Shown in pieces: positions 29,703 through 52,871 of a DNA stretch of 64,000 bases. Where the stretch lies: contig CAVNZM010000007.1 of NCBI GenBank assembly GCA_963693365.1, positions 2,651,979-2,715,978 on the forward strand. The letters are read 5' to 3'. Under the pieces are notes generated by a model. That model searched no databases. It saw nothing but the letters and a program-made list of their open reading frames with translations, and had not been told where the DNA came from. Position numbers and translations under genes: made by a program. Source of the stretch: Amoebidium appalachense. Its lineage: Eukaryota; Protista; Ichthyosporea. The stretch's first letter is position 1. Every line of letters starts with the position of its first letter.

Positions 29703-30496
29703 GGGAATGGCGAGGGGTGAGGGGTAGTGTGGAGGGAATGGTGGGGCAGGGAGAGGCTGTGTGTGTGTGTGTGTGTGTGTGGGCACGTGCATGTGTGAGT
29801 GAGTGATTTAGACGGTGGAACAGGGGGGGGAGGGGGGGGGGGAGGGGGAGGGGGGAAGAGGGGAGGGGCCACGCGCACGCGCACGCGCTCGCAGTGCGAG
29901 TGTGCGACTGTGTGTGCGTGTAGGTAAGCACACCTGTGTTCTACGTGCTAACACGTCTAGGGCATGCCATGCCGCTGCATTCATGAAGTTTTTATTTTTA
30001 TTTTTTAATTTTTTTTTGTTTTTGGGTGGGATGGGGGAGGGGGGGGGGGGAGGGGGGGGGGGGGGGGGGAAGGGGAAGGGGAGAGGGGAGGGGGTTCTCA
30101 CGATTCGGAAGACGACCCAGGTCTTTTCGCCACATTTTTGAATGTGATAGTCGACAACTTCAGCTGTTTTCTTTCTGCAAGGTAACGGATAAGTATTCAT
30201 AAAATGTTGATCGATCACGAATTGTCATACCAATTTTAGTTCATTTTTGAGACTATTGGGGCTGTAAAAATATCCATATGGTGAGGGTAATATATGGTGA
30301 CGGTACATCCAGCGGTAACACATGCATTTGATAAGACCAGTACATACCGAAAAGTTTAAAATTAGGCTCTTGGATATGCATAATGTGCAATTCAATATCA
30401 AAGAGTACCAAGTCATGTAAATGGGCTTTGCCTATGATTAGGGCACGTCGAAACCTTGTTTCGTTGCTCTACAATGTGAAAAGAAACCATGTAAAT

Positions 30497-30550
<54 letters not shown>

Positions 30551-31027
30551 GCACGCACGCACGCACGCACGACACACGAAAAACGCAAACGGTATGATTT
30601 GGACATAATGATTGCCAGAAAAGTGGGGGATTAGGAACACTTACCCGAAAACCTTGTGGCGTGGATTTAGGCTCCTGAAAAATCCCAAAGTCATGATTTC
30701 AGGAGGAAAAGACGGTGTGCTCTGTGGGCAGAGGTTGCTGGACAGTATTGGGTCGCTTGTGCTACGCCTGTGATATCCTCCCTTCTCGGTTGTTGGCTCT
30801 TTTAGGCCACTCTTTTTGGTTGAGAACAAATCCGGATTAATTTGCTCCTTGATGCTAGCAGTTTTGTACATGTTTTCTGTGTGCTGCTGTTGTATATGGG
30901 TTTGTTTTGTTGCATTTGCCGGATGAATTAAGTTGGAAAAAACATAAGGCTGTGTGTGGAAATTAGTTTCCACCTTGGCTGCTTCGTTTATGAAGCCCCC
31001 GCGGTGGTCACGGACGTGAGGGGCCAT
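28335..31027 (-). CDS. PX (phox homology) domain protein, ~423 aa; exons 31027-30645, 30174-30102, 29150-28335
   Basis: Spliced translation gives TWVVFRI-NCQYEGKHWTIHRRYNDFVDLH...LPSRRIF...YIEKRRLALDAYM...VRTFL, which has the PX hallmarks RRYxDF, LP and IEKRR. Phases are consistent. Confidence 0.88.
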
Positions 31028-32560
31028 TTTGAATTCGCGGGCTGCAGGGTATCAGTGTAGTATTTTCCAGTAACGCGTAAAGGAGATAATTTCGCTATAT
31101 ACTATGATGCAAACTAAACAAACTTAAAGCAAGAAACAATGCTGTGAAACGCACAAGGTCACTTTGGGGCAGGCTATGTACCAACCGTTGCACAAAATTT
31201 TGAAGCCGTCACTGAGGCTGCAGCAGCTGCTGCATATCGGATGCGGGGGGCCGGTACATAGCCATGGGCGGACGGGGCTTCAAAATTTCAAGGAAGGAAG
31301 AACGTATGTGATTGGTTGTTGTGGGCGTGTTTGAATTTCTCACTTACGTAACGGCACTAAGATGGCATGATCTACAGGACTAGCACTCATTGATAGGTTT
31401 TTGAAACCTGTGATTAGGCTGTGAACTTGAATGTTATTGGTAACTCAAGCACTCTTGAAATATTGATGGAGCACATTCATGATAAAGATATTGATAAATT
31501 ATAGGTAAAAGGATGGCGTTCTCCTACCTCCAAATATTTTCTAATGATGATCGCAAGCTGAGCCCGGATTGGCAGGTTAGGCACTGAGGCAGTTAATATT
31601 TTAAATTTGATCAGATAAAGCCCGTAGGGCCTAAAATGACGCTTCATTGGCGCCCAGGAACAAGGTCTATATTTGCTTTTTAGACATTCCAGGAAGACCA
31701 CCTGCGACCATCGCGAAGCACTGAGTGGCTAAATCTCCGTCCCTGGGATCTCCCAACACCTCGAGCTCTTCAGGTCTTTTGTAGTCGTGTGCCGCATGTG
31801 ATCCCTTGTGGACTGCTTTTTGCCAGGATTTTCGTCAGAGTTTCTATCCAACTAGCATAATTGCAAGAAAATCCGGGGCCATGTATTGTACATAAATATC
31901 GGGTTGCCAACACAAAATATGGATAACCTGCATCAATCATTCAACATTGATGCGGCATCATGACCTCAGGCAGACACCGAGCATGTATGCAAAATTTCCG
32001 AAAGTCTGATCGGATCTTCAGCGTGGCTTGTGTCTTGACTCTTGAACATTATCATTTACGCAACATGTGAATATGGAGATTGGAGCCTCGTTATTATAGG
32101 GGCTTTTTGTATGTGTGAGTATTTAGTACTATACCCAAGAAATTACAATATATGTACTTCACGGAATCGTTCTGGGCTCAAGCTTAAGCTTCCTTGTCGA
32201 ACACTCAAAAAAAGGGAAATGGGAACTGCGTATTACAATTTCACATGTTTATGGGTGTCGGGGGATACCCGGGCTCAACAGCTCCACCAATCCAGTGGCT
32301 CTGCGAACGATGATTGGTAGACACGGGCACATTCACCCCCATATAGCACATTCCCCAGGGGATTTCACTGTACTTACTTCTTTTCTGTTTTGTTTTTTTG
32401 CTTTCTTTTTCTTTATTTCTTTCTTTTTTTTTTTTTTTGTCCAGTTGACATTCCAGTTTATGAATACGGAAGGGTTTTTTTTTGGGAGTACAATGAATTC
32501 CGTTTTTTTTTTATTGGAGTGCAAACACACGGTCCCTTCGGGAAGTGCCCAGTACGTGGC

Positions 32561-32650
32561 CCAATGCGTTCTGACGTCACAAACAAATAGGCGAGTTTTG
32601 GGCCGCGTTCTCATCAGTAGCCAACTGAGCTGTTGATTCGCCAATGACGC
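32561..32650. promoter_or_regulatory. CCAAT + CRE (TGACGTCA) cluster between the divergent PX and PLP-enzyme genes
   Basis: CCAAT at 32561, TGACGTCA at 32572-32579 and CCAATGACG at ~32641. Confidence 0.35.
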
Positions 32651-33471
32651 ACCTGACTTTTTTTTTCTTTTGGCAAGGCGTTTTTTCAACCAGTAGGCGG
32701 TCATGATGTCTGGGGAACTTAAACCTTGTAAAACGCTTACAGCGACGAACCATATGATTCAATTTGCACACGAATTCGCAATGTCCATTATTATGGTTTA
32801 TGAGAGCTGCACATGAATGCACCTTCACCGTGACACATTGCGATGGGCCGCGCACCACGCAGTGGACTTGAGGATGCGGCCTGGCGGCGAGGGTGCTTAA
32901 ATAGTGCACTGTGCTCTTCTACGCGTCGATGCTGATTCGTGCGCTGCGCATCAGTTTTGGTCATTTACGCAAACAATCTAAAAACACTTCTTGAGCCTGC
33001 TTGAGTCATGAAGTTCATAGTGGCCTAGCACCTATCTCGCGCTACAGACAAAGAGATTTTGTGCCCCATGCCTTGTAGCTTTTTTAATAGGTTGTGTTCC
33101 ACCTCTTTACTAGCTCTTACACTAGCGATTGCGTTTTACGCACACCCGGAACCGCTCATTACAATCACAGTGCAAGCAAGACGAAAAACTTTCGGGGCCG
33201 TGCTAACAGCAGAAAACAGCACCAATAGCCTTAGTTTTGACGTCCGACGAACCAAACACAAGGATAATTTCGAACGCCTGTATTGTTCTCTCCGCCCATT
33301 TGGAGCCAGTCACAGCGGCTACGCTCTGCTATAAAATCATCCCTAGCCTAAACATCAAAATAACGTTCCCAGGAACTTTGCAACTGCATACACTACCCGT
33401 TAGACCTCATGGTTCAACCGCAGAAGACTTATATGCTCTTGTCCTGTGCGTTTCTGGGCTAGATCGGGGCC

Positions 33472-43441
<9,970 letters not shown>

Positions 43442-44009
43442 GGGATACATACATAAGGGGAAGCTATCCGAATTAGCGAAACAAGATATCTGTAAAGCAG
43501 CAAAAATGTTTGTGTAAATATATGAATGTAATAATGAATGTAATAGGAACTTCGGAAAAATGAAGGGGATCAACAAAGAAGAGGCCGGTATGGTCCTTCG
43601 TAGGATTTATGTGTTCAAAATGGCCGTTATTTATTAAATAAACGGCATATTATATGTAGTAACTGGATAGAAAAAGTCAAAAGTAGAAAATTGTGATTAT
43701 TGGATTCCAACGGTAGGTGGTCATTCGTAATACTGCAACACGGGGGGGAACGGAGAGGGAGAGGGAGGGGAGGGGAGGGGGAGGTAACTGTACATGTGTG
43801 TATATGCAATAGAGGGTTGGAAATAATAAAAGTACTATATGGATAGTACGATTATTGTTTGAATGTGCTCCTCGAATTTGAATTGCAAAGAAATTGAAAG
43901 CCTTTCATTAAACACATACATACACACAAACACACACACACACACAACTACACATGCACACATACAAAACTTAAGATAGATGTGTGCGCGTACACACAAT
44001 CCACACATC

Positions 44010-44046
<37 letters not shown>

Positions 44047-44453
44047 AATGCGTGCACGCCACACACACCCCAAAAGAATAATTGGAGTGAAATTAGTATA
44101 ATACAGATCTGAATTATCCCTTACCGTAGTGACTGTCAGGCCCACATTTGCATTGCCCCCCCTCCCTCCCTCCCCCCCCCCTCACGCTGTAGTGGTGGTG
44201 TGTACAGATAGTTTACATACAGTTTTTTGTGTGGTGGTGGCAGGTGGAGGGGGAAGGACCCAGAGGGAGGGAAGAGAAGGTGGGAGGAAAGGGAGGGAGG
44301 GGGGGGAGGGGGAGGGGGGGAAGGGTCCCTGGCCACGGCCTAGGCGTGATGGTGATGGTACACCCGTAATTTTATGTGTGGTGTTGGCGGGGGGAGAGCA
44401 TAGGCAGGGAACCTCAGAGAGAAAGGGAGGAACGCCACAGGTGAGGTTTTTCT

Positions 44454-44507
<54 letters not shown>

Positions 44508-45478
44508 TGTACGTACATGCATGCATTAGATGGTTGGAAAGATGGAGGAGACATCAATTTTAAGGACAAAACACAAAACGTCACAGTCACTCAAGTATTG
44601 ATGGAATCTCCACAATCCAACCGTGACCTTCAAGGAGCGCAGGGGGGGGGGGGGGGGGGGGGGTATGCGTTAGAAGGTTGGAAATATTTTCTTTTGACTG
44701 GATTTATTCAACGGAAAGATATGCAAGTATGCACTGCATACTTAGGAGGCAGTAAATATGGGGGGGACACCAGAGGAGAACAACAAAACGTCGCAAAAAT
44801 GAGAGACCTAATATGGGAGTCCTGGAGAAACCATCGGTTCACGTTCGTGTTTGTGACCGGGCACAAGATCTCAAGGCAACACTGTAAGGATTTTCAATCA
44901 ATTACACTATAGACGCAAGAAGTTGCTTGTGTTTAAAATTTACATGCTCTAAAACTTATCAATAAAAAAAGTGCCTGGTATTATTAGAATGCCGGGTCGA
45001 CATATAACTATAATCGGCTCCATGTTCACTTCAGACTATAATATCATCTGCCCTCTAACCAGACTTGCGTCGTTTGCGCGTGTGATGGGCACACAGACAC
45101 ACACACACACACACACACGTGCGTGTGTGTGTGTGCGCGCGCGCGTTTGTGTGTACGTCAGTATGTGGTGGAGGGTGAGCAAGAGAGTACTTATGTGTGT
45201 CTGTATGGCGGGAGCAGTAAAGGTGTTGCAACTCAAGTCTTGAATCTAGGTACACTAAAAGCATCCACTACCAACCAGATTCACGCTAAGCTTCCCCCCC
45301 CCCCCCCCCCCCCCCCCCACCCCCCCATCCGCCCACCCCAAAAACAAACAAAAAAAAAAAAAAGAAAGAAAAGAAAAGGAGAGAGAGAACTACACAGCGT
45401 GACAGCGCGAGCTTCACGAACACGTGTGCATCTTAGTCATCCTAGCTAAATAGTTGACCAAGCATACACAAAAAAAAT

Positions 45479-46416
45479 CTACTCCTTCCCACACTCGCTT
45501 CCGTCAGGGAACAAAAGACACTCCAAAAACCTCACCGCACTCTTAATCACCGACCCATGTTCATGAGTGGGCCGAAGCCTCCATGTAGGCTCAACCGTAT
45601 GCTCGCTCGTAGGAACAAAAGTAGTGTCGGGAGCAGGAACGGGAGTTGAAGAAGAAACGGTGGTGGTGGTTGGAATGGTTGCACTTGTGGTGGCGTAGAT
45701 AATAGATGTGTGCGTGACTGTAATAGTTACGACGGATTTTTCCGTAGTCGTTGAAGTGGGTGAGGGAGGGGTAGGAGTAGGCGTGTGCTTTGGTGCAATG
45801 GTGAGAATGGGACCCATTCCTTTGCTCAAAACTCCGGTAATGGCGCTAGAAATATCACCGTGTGTGCTTATGTAAGAGGATACATTCACTGTGTGCATGG
45901 TTTCGTCGAATGGCGCGGAGGGGAAAGCGGCGCGTGCGACCCGAAGCTCCTCTTCCCCGGGGCAGAAAATAACGGCGTACTTGGTGAGAAAATCGAGAAC
46001 TGAAAAATAAGCATATTTCAGTCCGTGTTGCGTTCTGAGCCGCTCGATCGCGGGAGAAATTTCGGTGATTTTCCCCAAAACAGATTCCGGAACAACCGTG
46101 GCGACGGCCGAAAATCCAACGGTATCGCCTGATTGAAGGGAATACGCCTCGAAGTTCGAATTTACAATCTCATCAGAGGTTTTAGAAGATAGATCCGTGC
46201 GTGCGCGCATAAGCTGGTATGAAAAATCAGTAAAATTGGAAATCCCGGAAATTGAAAGGAGATTAGAAAGGGCAGCATAGTCTTGAGGAGTGGTGGTGTC
46301 GGAGGTGAAATTTAAAGTGTCGGAAACGATGCCGGCAAGAAGCATACCGGCGACATCCGAAGGCATTTTCTTGGTTGAGTACCTGTGTGTGTGTGTGTGT
46401 GTGAGTGTGTGAGTGT

Positions 46417-46504
<88 letters not shown>

Positions 46505-46615
46505 TGGTGGAATGGGGGAGGGGGGTTAGAGTGTGTTTCGCAGTATAAGGTGCCAAACCTCCGGGAGGAGGGGGGAGGAGGGATAATTTTCTTTTCCTTT
46601 CCTTTTTTTTTTTTT

Positions 46616-46667
<52 letters not shown>

Positions 46668-47503
46668 AGGGGAATGGGAGGGAAGGACGCAAGGAGTAAC
46701 GAAGGAGTGGACGAAAAGAGTGGTGTAGGAAAGGGAAGGGGGTGTGGAGAGAGTCTGGTAAAGAGAAAGCCAAGGAGCTAAGCCACAACCAGAAAGCATG
46801 ACCGGATTGGCTCTGAGAGATGTGGATGGGGCTTGCTCCTTCCTTTTCCTTCTTCCTTTCTCTTCTCTGTGTGTTCTTCATTTTTTTTTTTTTCTTTTTT
46901 TTTTTTTTTGGGGGGGGGGGGGGGGGGGTTGAGGTAGTGGTGATGGTTTGTGCATGTGTGGTGTGTGTGTGTGTGTGCGCGCGCATGCGTGTGCGCACCT
47001 GTGTGTTGTGGTGGTAATCATGGAGGTAGTGGTTTTTTTTTTGGTTTTTTTTTTGTTTCTTTTTTTTTTTTTTGGGGGGGGGGGGGGGGGGGGATGGGAA
47101 TAAACACACCTGACAGCGATATCCGCAACCACCGACGAGCAAGCACCCATCTTCCTTATGTCCATAAAAAGTGGGTCAGAGGGCGCAATAGGCCTAGGGG
47201 TGATCGCATGGTGATCAATCACGGCCACCACATCATCCAAATGCCCCAAAACCTGTTCGCTTGCCTGATCGTATTGATTATAGTCCACCAGACCGAGTTT
47301 ATTCCCCTCCGCGTAAATGTTGGAGAGAGATTTCGGTGCTGATGCTTTAACGTAGGCAATCGCGGTTAAAGTTTCGGGACTTAGAGAGCCCGAAGAGGCT
47401 GGGATACCGTCGAAAAGCCACGCGGCTGCGTGTGCGGCGGCGATGGAATCCGTGTCTGCTACAGGGGTGTTGGGGCCTGAAAAGATAACACCCTTGGGAA
47501 CCT

Positions 47504-47541
<38 letters not shown>

Positions 47542-49271
47542 GGGGGGGGGGGGGGGGGTGGGAATGATGTGTGTTAGAAAGGGAGAGGGGAAGAATAGTT
47601 GTTTGAGGGAGATGAATGAATGGGGAAGGAAGAGAGGAAAAGTGAGGGCGAAAGTCGAGGCATGTTGGTGAAATGATGGTGAGCTCCTCGGTGACTATCA
47701 CTAAATTTTCACATATGCACACACACATGCCACACACACACAAACCCACACTCGCTCACACACACTCTCTCTGTGCGCGTGTATGTGCGTGCGCGTGCGA
47801 GCACAAGTGCGAGTGTGAATGCATGCACGCCGTGGGTGGGTGGGTTGATGGGTGCCGTGTGTGTGTGTGTGTGTTTGTGTGTGCGGGCACGCTTGTGCGT
47901 TAGCTTGTGTCTGAAGCCAGTGTGTGTGTGTGCGCGCCTGCGCGTGTAAACAAGGACAAAAAGGTGAACGAAGCAAAAACACAAAACAGAACCCAGTCGC
48001 TGTGCAGGGGGGAGGGGGGGCACTGCAAGCTTAACCAGCCAAAGAACAGAATACGGACGAAAAGTTCTCCAGAAAGCACCACAGCAGGAGTACCCAACAG
48101 CTAGACATTCTTGTACACTTCATATAATACAGGAGGCACACACATATGCCAGGCTCACCTGACCGATGCCGTTGACGTTGTTGGCCAGTGTCCGCATCAG
48201 CGGCTGGTCGTACAGGTGAAGCCGCAGCCACCCAAGAAGGGTGCCAATGTCTGTTTCCTCTGCCCATGTTTGCAAGCCCTTCCAGGCAACATCCACCTCC
48301 TCCCGTGTGGGTTTCAACATCTCCTTCGGCCCGTGTTTCTCATACCAGAAGTACTTGGAAATCACGTCGTTAAGAGTACCGATGCGGTCATAAAAAGCGT
48401 CCAACGACTCCATGGATGTGTGGACAAGGTTGTAGTTTGGGACCATTTCAGGAAAGTACATCTGGATGGTCTTAACACCGCGAATTAACTTGCGCATGTT
48501 GTGGAACTGTTCTTGATTCTCCTCCACCCAAACGTGCTCCAAAGCGATGAACTTTTGAAAAAAGAAGTGCTTGGCCCGATTGATAATTGTACGTGTCAAC
48601 AACGCAACATTCTGCAAACCGGTCAACTCGTTCGACGGCCGTACAACGTCCTCATACGCGCCTTTTCCACCCGATTTGCCCTTTTTCTCGGTGCCCCAAA
48701 AGAGACGTGTTAGTTTCGCACCCTTACGAGCGTGAATCTTACCGTGTGAGGGTTTAGCTATAAACCCAAAGTAGTTCAATGTTTCGTTTTTCTTGAGGAA
48801 AGAGTCCCTTGAATCGATGGCATTTTGAAGCAGACGCAGACGCTCAGCTTCTGTGTAGTTGACTTTGGCCGCCGAAAGATCCTGATAGTGTCCTAACTGC
48901 TCGTACATGTTATCAATGTCCTTTCTCATCTCTGCCCACACGTCCACTTCTTTATTTCTACCGTGATTCCTCCGCTCGTTCACAACCACGAACTCGGGGT
49001 ATGCAAAAACGAAAACATCTAAAGTGTCGCGACAGTACAGCGCTGACTTCCTCAACGCCTTAACACCATTGGGTTGGGAATCTTCGTTTAACATGACAAA
49101 ATTGTCTTGCATTGTCCCACAAACACTGGTGGTAAAATTCCCTGCGAGCTCCCCATAACTGAGGCTCTCAAGGTCTTCTGAAGGAGTAATTTTCTTCGTG
49201 TGGGTGTGCTTGGTTATAACCAACTCGGCTAGACCTAACATTAAGAGGAATATAGAGCGAGCCATTTTCAT
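45479..49271 (-). CDS. Signal peptide - CHAD-like domain - DHH/DHHA2 (family II pyrophosphatase/exopolyphosphatase-like) - Ser/Thr/Pro-rich tail, ~802 aa; exons 49271-48159, 47501-47110, 46382-45479
   Basis: Exon 1 has a hydrophobic N-terminus and a duplicated CHAD-like motif (KALRK...QLGHYQD; FHNMRKLIR...RIGTLND). Exons 2-3 contain DTDSI, LVDYN, IDHH, GACSSVV and AGIVSDTLNFTSDTTT. The donor CAG|GTGAGC and intron phases 0 and 2 join all three exons. Confidence 0.8.
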
Positions 49272-49695
49272 AGTAAAACCCCGGCACGTAAGGGGAAATA
49301 GAACTTCCGTTATTTTTGAAGCTCCAACAACACGGTGCATGCATGTTTTGAGTTTAAGGGTGAAACACAAACAGAGAATATAGTCTAAAGCATATGACGT
49401 CACCTGTACGAGCCTATGGCAATGTGTCAGGTTAGAAACGACAGAGAGTAGTCATCACACTAGACTACGTTGATCGATTTATGACCTGCCATATTTGGCT
49501 ATTTCAGTGCGTATCCCGTATGATTGGGTAAGAATCATAGATGAGCGCATTGGAATGTGGCGCCGGTTGAACCGTTACCGTTGGTACCGTACATTGAAAA
49601 TGTTTTTTTTTGTGTGTGTGTGTTTTTTGTGTGTTTCTGCCCGTAATCTTTCACCCAACACACCCACATATACAGCTGAAAAAAGCAACGCCGAA

Positions 49696-51318
49696 ATGGC
49701 TCTTTCAACGCCTAGCAAGGGGCCTTCAGCCTTAGGCTCGCCCACAGACCAAATATGCACCCACACGCAGACACTTCCCATGAAGCAGGAGGGTGGGGTT
49801 AAGCAGGAGGAAGGGGTGGATCAGGAAGAAGGTGGGGCGCAGGACGAAGGGGTGAAGCCGGAGGAAGGGGTGGACACACCGTACTGTGTGTGCGCCGGAT
49901 CGGAAGGGGTGACGCAGGCGGAAGAGGGGGTGGGGGGGTTGCAGGAGGAAGGGGTGAAGCAGGGGTCGGGGGTGAAGCCGGAGGCAGGAATGACGCAGGA
50001 GGGAAGGGGAGCGGAGGACGAAAGGGTGAAGCCGGCGGAAAGGGTGAAGCCGGAGGAAGGAGTGGAAACACCGTTCTGTTTGTGCCCCGAATCGGAAGGG
50101 GTGACGCAGGCGGAAGGGGGGGTGCGGGGGATGCAGGAGGAAGGGGTGAAGCAGGAGGAAGGGGTGAAGCCGGATGCAGGCATTCGAATGACGCAGAAGG
50201 GAGGGGAAGCGCAGGTCGAACGGGCGAAGCCGGAGGAAGGGGTGGACACACCGCACTGTGTGTGCGCCGAATCGCCTAGGAAGAGTCCAAAGCGGCCGGC
50301 TGAAGGTTTGCGCAACGACCGGGTGATGAGGCCACGGCACGGAAACGACACAGTGCCCCACACACCCCCGTTACCTGTCCGTGCCACAGCCCAAAATACA
50401 CCGCCAAAACTCACAACATGCACGGGGGGGGCGAAAAAGGGCTTCTGATGTGAGTAAGGCACAACGGTACTTGAGTAAGGCACAACGGTACTTGCGGAGT
50501 ATCGTGTGGGTGAAGATGCAGCTGCAAGAGACCCGAAAAATACCAGCGGCAAGTAAGGAAAGAAAGCAAAAGGGAGAGCTGCGGGTGGAAGTAGCAAGAT
50601 GTTTCTGTGCGATTATGGTTGTGAGAACAAAACCGGTATTAAATGCCACATGCAGAGACATCTACTTGTACACACGGGGGAGAGGCCCTACGTCTGTGCT
50701 CAGCCTGACTGCAATGCACGGTTTATGCAAAGACAGGCTTTGACACTGCACGAACGCACACACGCACGGCAAAACTATGTCTGCAATGTTGAGCGGTGTG
50801 GTATGCAGTTTACTACCCGTTTGGCCTTAAAATCTCACGAGGACATACATGCGGGGGAAAAAAACTATGTGTGTTTCTACGACGGTTGCAACATGTCCTT
50901 TGCACAAAATGGGACTTTAACATCCATTTGCGCACACACATGGGAGAGAAGCCGTTTGCATGTCCCCAGCCCGGGTGCGGGGCTGCATTTACCCGGGCTT
51001 CAACCCTGGCCGACCACCTACACAGACACAATGATGAGAAACCTTACAAGTGCACACACCCTGGGTGTGAGAAAAGGTTTAACTACAAGAAGTAATTGTG
51101 AGAACCATAGGAGGAGACACGCGGACGAGAAATCGCACCCATGCACTTACCCTGGATGTGGTAAGGCGTTTTCAGACAAGCACGATTTGGTTAGGCATGT
51201 GTGTGTGCATACGGGGGAGACACCCTGTGCTTGTGACTATCCAGACTGCACGGCGCGGTACAAACAGCCGGCTCACTTAAAGAAGCACAAACAGAGAGAA
51301 CACGTTGCTTCTGCTTGA
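49696..51318 (+). pseudogene. Intronless 8-finger C2H2 gene, copy A, with N-terminal VK(Q/P)EEG repeats; disrupted
   Basis: The repeat domain is open from ATG 49696. The frame breaks near the G-run at 50424-50431. A 21-nt tandem duplication lies at 50451-50492, and an in-frame TAA at 50554 (CAA in copies B and C). Two compensating 1-nt indels (~50920, ~51080) scramble fingers 4-6. Confidence 0.85.
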
Positions 51319-51880
51319 CGAACAAATATATATATCACTTAGGAATGTATGTTCCCTCCCCCCGCAGCTTGCCCCCCGTGCTACACGCACAGAGCCTCAG
51401 AGTCAGGAGTGACCCAAACACTCGCAAACCACCTAATATAGGCCACCACCAGCATCCCCTAAGAATTATACTTCTGGAATTGCTACGTTTTATTTACATG
51501 TCGAGATTGAAATCATAAATACACCCATAGCCGTTTCCTGTTATTCCGGGTACAGTAGTTGTCTGCTTATGCCTCTGAGTTGAAGGCAATGGCATGCCAT
51601 ATTATGATATCTGCAGCTACATAGTCTGACACTTGCAATAAAAGGTTTTTGCAGCTCCGTACGCGATCATCCCCTCCCCCCCCCCCCTCCCCCCCCCCCC
51701 CCCCCCCAGATCCCTTCTCTTCAGATATCAGTGCCTTCCTATTTTCTGAGCCCGCCATGAGTTTTGATTGGCAGACCCTGGCCCCCCTGCTCTTCCCCCC
51801 TCCCCCCGCCACCCCGTCCCCACACATACACCAACACACCCATACCCCCCTCCTTACGATGTATTCGGACACCCACCCAT

Positions 51881-51913
<33 letters not shown>

Positions 51914-52667
51914 AACACACAACCTCCCCCCCTCTCTGTCCCCTCCCAACAAAGACACCCGCGTGTGCACATGCGCACATGCACTCCTTACAGACACACA
52001 CGCACTCAAAAAACCACATACGCCACCACCAGGATCCTTTTCTAGTAAAATGTACACCTGGAGGAGACAAAAGGTGCTAAATACTGAAGAAAGAAAGGAC
52101 AGGCCTATAATTCAATAGGCGTGGGTGTCACGGTGGTAATGGTGGTGGTGGTTTTGTTTGGTTGTATGTCTTCATGATCAACTCGAATGCTGCAGGGCTG
52201 ACCAAATCATTGCACAGTCTGCATGCAAGGTGCCGATGGCACTAAGTGGCTGACTCAATGTGGCCTTGGGTAGTGGTGAGACATGAAGGCGAGGTCAAGA
52301 GGTGCCGGGTGGGTGGGGAGGAAGGAGCTCGAGGTGGTGCTTGCATGCGCGTGTTTGTATGGTAGAAAGGTTGAAAGTGGGGAGAGCCTTGAAAGGTGTA
52401 AGCAGAGAATGCCAGAGACCAAGTGTGTTTGTGTGTGTGGGGGGGGGGGGGGGGGGGGGGGGAGGGGGAGGGGGGTATATGCCACGTGGATCAGGGGAAA
52501 GCCACGAAGGCAGGGGTTAAGGGGAGGGGGGGGGGGGGGGGGAAGATAGGGATGGAGCAGGAAAAGGGAGGGAGAGGCGGAAGAGGGGGGGAGAGAGGGG
52601 GGGGGGGGGGAGCGAGCTTAGAAGAGAGAGAGAGTGTGTGTGTGTGAGTGTGTGTGGAGAGAGAGAT

Positions 52668-52725
<58 letters not shown>

Positions 52726-52835
52726 CAGAGAGAGAGAGAGAGACGGTGTGTGTGTGTGTGTGTGTGTGTGGGGGGGGGGTGGGTGGGTGGGTGGGTGGGT
52801 GGGTGGGTGTGTGTGTGTGTGTGTGTGTGTGAGGT

Positions 52836-52871
<36 letters not shown>

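Noticed and set aside
48031-48108. Alternative hydrophobic first exon (MSSCWVLLLWCFL...) for a stand-alone DHH gene
   Set aside because: It would need a phase-1 acceptor that removes the first beta-strand (VIFSG) of the DHH fold. The CHAD exon has a stronger, in-phase donor. Not fully excluded without transcripts.
49272-49695. Extended N-termini of ORFs 48120..49403 and 49495..50448
   Set aside because: These rely on non-ATG or upstream starts. ATG 49271 (signal peptide) and ATG 49696 (aligned with paralog starts) fit better, and the interval is a divergent promoter region.
50554-50556. TAA/TAG = Gln alternative genetic code, suggested by a TAA aligned to Gln
   Set aside because: Long intact coding exons contain no in-frame TAA/TAG, and intact genes end in TAA or TAG. 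A C>T change in a pseudogene explains it.
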